From contig JBDKTL010000013.1 in NCBI GenBank assembly GCA_039698055.1, forward strand, positions 1 through 12,896: a DNA stretch of 12,896 nt. The letters are read 5' to 3'. Under the pieces are notes generated by a model. It saw nothing but the letters and a program-made list of their open reading frames with translations, was not told the origin of the DNA and did not search any database. A program made the position numbers and the translations under genes. This document shows positions 7,923-12,896 of this stretch, piece after piece (position 1 is the stretch's first letter; every line of letters begins with the position of its first letter). The stretch comes from Methanoregula sp. (GTDB taxonomy: Archaea; Halobacteriota; Methanomicrobia; Methanomicrobiales; Methanospirillaceae).

Positions 7923-8030
7923 GTGATCGTATTGCGTGATATGGAAAACCCGGGCAACCTCAACCATGACAGGGTACCAAATTTCGCAAACGATAAGACT
8001 CTTGTCATGTGAGAACACAATAACTAACCT

Positions 8031-9233
8031 ATGGAAAAACAGCGGGGACTGGGGTACGCTGCGGCACTTGGCGGCGGGGCAATTCTTGTGGGTCCTTACA
8101 TTCAACCCCCGTGGCTGATGGCACTTATCATCATCCTGTTTGCCCTGGTCCTCCTGCGGTTTTTCGGTACAAAATATCTTACCTATACTTTCTGTATCCT
8201 TGCCGGGCTCTATGGCGTCGGGCTTCTCCCGTTTTTTGTTCTTGCGACCACTCTTGCCATGCTTTCGCTGGGTGAACTGGTCTTCCAGTCCTCAGGAGTC
8301 GACGATCTCAATACTTACCTCTATTATGTGATCTCTACGGCATGGGCGGGTATGCTTGTCATGGTGTATCTCCATGAAAAAGCGATGCTGATGCTGGTCT
8401 TTGGTATCGTTGCTGCGGTACTCCTGAAAGTAATCCTCTTAAAATACGAAGATTCTCTTGTCCTTGAAGGGATGGGCATCGCGATGACCATGTACCTGAT
8501 AAAGGAGCTGAATTACAAGGCCGATCTCCAGATCGTGATAATTGCCGTGCTCATCGCGTTTGCCTTTGGATATTTTGCGTTCCGGTCAAAGACGGCAGAC
8601 CTGTCAGGACTGTTCTCCGCTGCGCTTGTTGGCATCACGCTCATGGTCTTTGCCGATGCCCGCTGGTTCATCATCATGCTCGCATTTTTTATTCTCGGAT
8701 CGGTCTGCACCCGGTATAAGTTTGAATACAAAAAGCGGATTGGCGTTGAGCAGGGACAGAGCGGGGCACGGGGATATCGTAACGTATTTGCAAACGGGAT
8801 TACTGCGGCAGCGGCAGCAGTACTCTATGGCGTCTTTCTTGAACCGGTTTTTATTGTCATGTATGTCGGATGCGTGGCGACTGCGGCAGCAGACACGATG
8901 GCAAGTGAAATCGGTGTCACGGGGGGGATTCCCTACATGATCACGACGCTGAAAAAAGTTCCTATCGGCACAAACGGCGGGGTGACCTCCAAGGGAGAAC
9001 TGGTTGCCCTTCTTGGCGGTTTACTGGTGTCGCTTGTCGCACTGGCGCTCAATGTTATCACCCCATGGATGGCAGTCGTGTGCACGATAGCGGGTTTTGT
9101 CGGCACCAATATCGACAGTGTTGTCGGTGCGACGCTGGAGAACCGGGGTTTTCTTGGCAATGCCGGAACCAACCTGGTTGCAACGATTGGGGGGGGGCTC
9201 TTTGCCGTCGCGTTCTATATGGCGGTCCATTAA
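8031..9233 (+). CDS. DUF92 / TMEM19-family integral membrane protein with additional N-terminal membrane domain
   Basis: 400 aa, highly hydrophobic. The C-terminal ~230 aa carry DUF92 motifs 'FFILGS..T.YK…K', 'G.RG..NVFANG', 'ATAAADT.ASEIG', 'ITT.K.VP.GTNGGVT..GE' and 'GF.GT.IDS..GATLE…..N..TN..AT'. Confidence 0.9.
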   Translation: MEKQRGLGYAAALGGGAILVGPYIQPPWLMALIIILFALVLLRFFGTKYLTYTFCILAGLYGVGLLPFFVLATTLAMLSLGELVFQSSGVDDLNTYLYYVISTAWAGMLVMVYLHEKAMLMLVFGIVAAVLLKVILLKYEDSLVLEGMGIAMTMYLIKELNYKADLQIVIIAVLIAFAFGYFAFRSKTADLSGLFSAALVGITLMVFADARWFIIMLAFFILGSVCTRYKFEYKKRIGVEQGQSGARGYRNVFANGITAAAAAVLYGVFLEPVFIVMYVGCVATAAADTMASEIGVTGGIPYMITTLKKVPIGTNGGVTSKGELVALLGGLLVSLVALALNVITPWMAVVCTIAGFVGTNIDSVVGATLENRGFLGNAGTNLVATIGGGLFAVAFYMAVH

Positions 9234-9371
9234 TTAATTTGCTGGATGAAAAAAAATTTAATAACGTTCTGGCAGTAGTGACGAGCCAGGAACAAAGTCA
9301 AAAAGGGCGCCTGAATAAGTAAACATCATTCAACAAAAACCTGTTTTTCGTCGACGAAATGCCTCTATGCC

Positions 9372-9384
9372 AAAAAAATAAAAA
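9372..9384 (-). terminator. Oligo-T terminator
   Basis: The minus strand reads TTTTTATTTTTTT directly after the TGA at 9385-9387. Confidence 0.6.
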
Positions 9385-10227
9385 TCAATACTTGTACCAG
9401 CGCCCTTTACTGTCATATTCTCCCATCGTCTCCCTGACCGGGACAGGGGTTCCCGCAATCTTTTTGAAAAAAACTGCCTTGTACGACAGGAGAAGCGGCA
9501 GGAGGAACAGGAGCCCGATAAAGATCATGACAGCAGTAATCCACATCCCGTCCGGTCCTATCATCCGGGCGAGTTCCGACGGGGTTATTGCTGAAAGCTG
9601 CGTCTCGTTATATGTCGTGAGCGGCTGGAGCTGACTGAACAAAAATCCTTCCCAGATCACCGAGCACAGGAAAAAATCCACAAAGCAGAGGATGGCACAG
9701 ACAAGGTAAAATGCAATCGCTTCTCCGGTATGGGCGACGGTGAGTTCAATACTGCGCCGGATGGAATCAAACACTTTTGTCTCTTCAAACACTGCCGCAG
9801 TATCGGAAAAAAAGGTGAGAAAAAATGTCGGGATCATGATGAAGAGCGAGATCAGGGCAAGCACGGTTACATCCGGGGGTGCTCCGGTTGCAAAGCTTGC
9901 CGTGACGAGGATCAGGACAAAGATGAGCAGCGTTGCAAACATGACGACCAGCAGGGGCAGCAGCACCCGGAAATAATATTGAGCTCCCTTTACGAGCAGG
10001 GTCCTGGCATTTCTCTCTCCGGAATGGATAACCGCATAGCTGCCAGCGACAAACACGATCATGACGAGTCCCGAAATGACGAACAAACGGGTGGCAAAAA
10101 ATGTTCCGTAGAGGCTCAACAGGATCCAGAGCGCGCTGGCAAGCAGACCGGCTGCCATACCGGAAATCCAGAGCGCGGGTGTCTGGCCAACGCACCGGAC
10201 CGCTTCTTTTAACTCCTCGATAGCCAT
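9385..10227 (-). CDS. Hypothetical integral membrane protein (about 6 TM helices)
   Basis: 280 aa with alternating hydrophobic stretches, a 'FFSDTAAVFEE..VFDSIRRSIEL' loop typical of multi-pass membrane domains, and a polar C-terminal tail ending EYDSKGRWYKY. Starts 2 bp after the upstream stop. Confidence 0.8.
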   Translation of the reverse strand: MAIEELKEAVRCVGQTPALWISGMAAGLLASALWILLSLYGTFFATRLFVISGLVMIVFVAGSYAVIHSGERNARTLLVKGAQYYFRVLLPLLVVMFATLLIFVLILVTASFATGAPPDVTVLALISLFIMIPTFFLTFFSDTAAVFEETKVFDSIRRSIELTVAHTGEAIAFYLVCAILCFVDFFLCSVIWEGFLFSQLQPLTTYNETQLSAITPSELARMIGPDGMWITAVMIFIGLLFLLPLLLSYKAVFFKKIAGTPVPVRETMGEYDSKGRWYKY

Positions 10228-10229
10228 GG

Positions 10230-10820
10230 TTACCTGACCCGTGGCATGGCAATAATTTCCCGCACCTGCAGATCAAAGAAGTTTGCCGTGTGCGCCGGAC
10301 GGATCACGCAGACCGTATCTGCGCCGCTGGCAGTACCTCCAACGGCGATCACTTCATCTTCCACTCCAATGGCACCCTGGTCCGATGCGATCAGCACACA
10401 TTCAACGGCGACTTTCAGGCCAACAGCGACAACCCGGCGGAGCGCTTCTGCAATGGCCTCCGTGCGCGATCCCCCGCCAACCTTTGGGGAACGCGAGAGG
10501 GCACGTTCAAGTCCTGAAAGTGCATGGGTGCCGGTAATAATTTTCACGCCCTCATTTCGGAGGTGCGCTGCAATCTCCGGTGCGAACTCCCATTCACCGG
10601 GTTTTGCAAACCCGATCACGTGCGTAACAACAACCAGCCGGATACCGGTGCCTTTTACTGCCTGGAAAAAAACCTGCGCCGTTTCCCCCGAGCTGCTTGC
10701 GACAACAATTGTTGTAATCTGTAATTCCTGTGCCCGCTCAACGGCAAAACGGGCCGAATCTCCCGTATTTTCTTTCCCGGGCTTATCAAAATAATATGAT
10801 GTTTTTGCGGTAAACGTCAT
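10230..10820 (-). CDS. Stand-alone pyruvate-kinase C-terminal-like (alpha/beta) domain protein, MTH1675-like
   Basis: 196 aa. 'YF.KPG.ENT…..A.ERA.EL.I..IVVASSSGETA', 'VVVTH..GF..PG', 'HALSG.ER', 'G.KVAVE….A.D.G' and 'EVIA.GGT..GADT..VI.PA….FF.L.VREII..P' match this conserved family. Confidence 0.85.
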   Translation of the reverse strand: MTFTAKTSYYFDKPGKENTGDSARFAVERAQELQITTIVVASSSGETAQVFFQAVKGTGIRLVVVTHVIGFAKPGEWEFAPEIAAHLRNEGVKIITGTHALSGLERALSRSPKVGGGSRTEAIAEALRRVVAVGLKVAVECVLIASDQGAIGVEDEVIAVGGTASGADTVCVIRPAHTANFFDLQVREIIAMPRVR

Positions 10821-10919
10821 AAGTACATTTTAATAAGCAGCCATGAAAAACTTTGTCAGATTCTTAAAATCAAACAATCGCAATTAAAAAATTTTCATCA
10901 ATGTTAAAGAGGAACTGAC

Positions 10920-12089
10920 ATGATCACCCTAGCTCTTGCAGGAAAGCCAAACTGCGGAAAGTCGACCTTTTTCAAGGCGGCGACTATGGCAAACGCTGAA
11001 ATTGCAAATTACCCTTTTACAACGGTCAATCCCAATTTTGGTGTTGCGTACGTGCGGACGAAGTGCCCGTGCCATGACCTTCACCTTACCTGCGGGCACT
11101 GCGTGGACGGGAACCGGTTTGTCGCGGTCAACTTAATCGATGTCGCAGGACTCGTACCGGACGCGCACAAGGGCAAGGGACTGGGCAACCAGTTCCTCGA
11201 TCACCTCCGGCAGGCAGATGCGATCCTGCATATTGTAGATGCAAGCGGCGGCACTGACAGCGAAGGAAACCCGGTGGGAGCAGGCAACCATGACCCTGCC
11301 GAAGATGTCAAATTCCTTGGCTACGAGATGACGATGTGGGTATACGGCATCCTTGACAAGCACTGGTCGCGGCTTTCCCGCCAGGCGTCGGTCAAGACGT
11401 ATTCCATTCACCAGGGAATTTCCGAAGTATTCACCGGTCTTGGGATCACACCGGAAGATATCCGCGATGCGGAGATGCTGCTTAAGATCGATCTTGTCCA
11501 CGCAAACATGGAAGATCTTGTCCCGTTCTGCGCAGAAATCGTAAAAATTTCCAAACCGATGATCGTTGTCGGGAATAAAGTCGATGAGGCGCCGGAAGCG
11601 TTGCGGGCAAAACTTGCGGAAGCAAAGGTTGCGTTTGCAAGCGCGGCATCGGAACTTGCGCTCAGGAATGCCGCAGCGGCACATGTCATCACCTATCTCC
11701 CGGGTGATCCCGAATTCCGGGTGGCAGAGGGTGTCACATTATCTGCTCCCCAGAAAGCCGGGCTCGCAAAAATTGCCGGTGTAATGAAGGAGAACGGCGG
11801 CACGGGCGTCCAGCAGGCGATTAACCGGGCAGTCTTTGAACTTCTCGACCGGATTGTCGTGTATCCTGTTGAGGATGAGAACCATCTCTGCAACAAGCAG
11901 GGCGACGTACTGCCGGATGCATTCCTGATGAAAAAAGGATCGACCCCGCATGATCTGGCATTCCAGGTTCATACCGATATCGGCAAGGGATTTTTATACG
12001 CGATCGACGCCCGGACGAAAATGCGTATCAAAGAAAACCATGTTCTCAAAGACGGGGACATCATAAAAATCGTAAGTGCGGCGAAGTAG
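10920..12089 (+). CDS. ychF: Obg-family translation-associated GTPase (YchF-related, archaeal/Ygr210-type) with TGS domain
   Basis: G1 GKPNCGKST, G2 NYPFTT, G3 DVAGLV and GLGNQFL, G4 NKVD; C-terminal TGS 'GST..DLAF.VHTDIGKGF.YA.DAR…..LKDGDIIKIV'. GAGG RBS at 10909-10912. Confidence 0.93.
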   Translation: MITLALAGKPNCGKSTFFKAATMANAEIANYPFTTVNPNFGVAYVRTKCPCHDLHLTCGHCVDGNRFVAVNLIDVAGLVPDAHKGKGLGNQFLDHLRQADAILHIVDASGGTDSEGNPVGAGNHDPAEDVKFLGYEMTMWVYGILDKHWSRLSRQASVKTYSIHQGISEVFTGLGITPEDIRDAEMLLKIDLVHANMEDLVPFCAEIVKISKPMIVVGNKVDEAPEALRAKLAEAKVAFASAASELALRNAAAAHVITYLPGDPEFRVAEGVTLSAPQKAGLAKIAGVMKENGGTGVQQAINRAVFELLDRIVVYPVEDENHLCNKQGDVLPDAFLMKKGSTPHDLAFQVHTDIGKGFLYAIDARTKMRIKENHVLKDGDIIKIVSAAK

Positions 12090-12204
12090 GCGCGGGTAAA
12101 CGGCGTGGTCTGACGATTGTCATCTAATTGTCTGACACTCCTGCCGCTCTTTGAGAAAAAAAGCCTGATTACCTCCTCTTTTCGGGTTAAAAAAAGTGAT
12201 TTTC

Positions 12205-12227
12205 CCACAAAGTTTATCAATCGATAA
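12205..12227 (+). promoter_or_regulatory. BRE/TATA (CCACAAAG-TTTATCAA) overlapped by palindrome TTATC-N4-GATAA
   Basis: TTTATCAA at 12213-12220 is preceded by CAAAG; inverted repeat at 12214-12218 / 12223-12227; about 60 nt upstream of ATG 12278. Confidence 0.5.
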
Positions 12228-12265
12228 TGTGAACACTGGAATTACCGAGATAGAGAATAACGGTA

Positions 12266-12272
12266 GGAGGTG
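12266..12272 (+). promoter_or_regulatory. Strong Shine-Dalgarno GGAGGTG
   Basis: Perfect 7-nt match to the archaeal anti-SD, 5 nt before ATG 12278. Confidence 0.8.
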
Positions 12273-12277
12273 GATTC

Positions 12278-12598
12278 ATGGGTGGAGAAATATACCAGGC
12301 ACAGGTGATTCGGAATTTCTTTGACTGTATCACCGGGACTGACCGGAACCTGACACGCATCTATATGTGCGTGATGAGCCTTGCAAAACTCCGCATGGAG
12401 GCTCCCGAGAAGATGGCGGCACTCGTCGACCAGCTGAGGAAGAGCAAGATCCAGAAGGAACTGTCGGTCGACATCCTGGATTACATGTGCGATGCCGCAA
12501 ACCAGCTCGAACTCACCCAGGTGCAGACCGCGTTTGGCGTCAAGGATATCCGGGAAGTTGCACAGGACTTCACCGGGATCAGTATGGACAGTTTGTAA
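12278..12598 (+). CDS. Hypothetical protein (106 aa, predicted helical)
   Basis: Strong SD and its own promoter candidate; third codon positions are strongly C/G (AAG, GAC, ATC, CTG); T6 tract at 12616-12621 after the stop. No family recognised. Confidence 0.8.
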   Translation: MGGEIYQAQVIRNFFDCITGTDRNLTRIYMCVMSLAKLRMEAPEKMAALVDQLRKSKIQKELSVDILDYMCDAANQLELTQVQTAFGVKDIREVAQDFTGISMDSL

Positions 12599-12849
12599 CC
12601 GGGCTGAGAATCACATTTTTTGAAGAAAGTCAAAGTAAAATCTTATGAACTTTGTATTTTTGCGTTACCGTTAGAAGGCGCGCATTAACAGTATTTTTGT
12701 TACATTCAGTTCATTGAAAAAAATTTAAAAAAATTATATCGTTTTTTTAGGTTTCTTTTCTGTATCTTCAGGTAGTGTACACGAAGTGCTGTAAAAAGTG
12801 AAGATGCCCTGTATCCAACAGTGAATTGGAAACAAAGAGGAACAGGGCA

Positions 12850-12896
12850 ATGAATCTAAGCGACATCATACTAAATTACCTTACCGATAACGAAAA
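12850..12896 (+). CDS. 5' fragment of a gene running off the window (MNLSDIILNYLTDNE…)
   Basis: ATG at 12850, frame open to the edge, preceded by AAAGAGGAAC (12834-12843) and an AT-rich promoter-like region at about 12715-12750. Confidence 0.5.
   Translation, partial: MNLSDIILNYLTDNE

Noticed and set aside
6019-7923. Long + strand ORFs (168, 262, 281 and 110 aa) inside valS
   Set aside because: Antisense to a conserved essential gene; long stop-free reverse frames are expected with GC-rich codon usage.
7767-8118. ORFs of 112 aa (-) and 60 aa (+) spanning the valS/DUF92 spacer
   Set aside because: Overlap both flanking genes and promoter sequence; no motifs or RBS.
9730-10794. ORFs of 160, 163 and 182 aa overlapping the membrane-protein and PK-C-like genes
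   Set aside because: Alternative-frame or antisense shadows; the charged 160-aa ORF is the expected mirror of a hydrophobic gene.
12087-12089. ychF TAG stop as possible pyrrolysine read-through
   Set aside because: The TGS domain ends normally at this point, and there is no pyl or methylamine-methyltransferase context.
12095-12140. Two CTGA boxes considered as a C/D box sRNA
   Set aside because: No upstream RTGATGA box C at suitable spacing; reported instead as a phased DNA repeat.
1-12896. CRISPR array, IS/transposase, integrase, tRNA/rRNA or defence island
   Set aside because: No regularly spaced repeats, terminal inverted repeats, cloverleaf or rRNA-like sequence seen. Intergenic gaps are short (under about 270 bp) and all long ORFs are housekeeping or conserved-hypothetical types.

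Overview
Gene-dense core-genome window from an archaeal methanogen, most like Methanomicrobiales (Methanoregula-like; taxon inferred from gene content and protein sequence style, not from a search). Left to right: possible 3' end of an upstream gene; a heat-shock module on the - strand (HSR1/Phr-type ArsR regulator followed by an archaeal Hsp20-like gene, with an operator-like palindrome at the regulator's start); a divergent KTSC-domain gene; mfnB-guaB (-) head-to-head with a HisA/HisF-related TIM-barrel gene plus tmk (+); valS (-), overlapping tmk tail-to-tail; a DUF92 membrane protein (+); a pyruvate-kinase-C-terminal-like protein plus an unknown membrane protein (-); an Obg-family YchF/Ygr210-type GTPase (+); a 106-aa hypothetical with a strong RBS; and the start of a further ORF at the right edge. 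I found no rRNA, tRNA, CRISPR array, transposase, integrase or defence system, and no clearly new multi-gene system. The best leads are the mfnB/HisAF-like divergon (possible unassigned methanofuran-related enzyme), the heat-shock operator, the regulatory elements upstream of the 106-aa orphan, and an identical 10-mer preceding three start codons.
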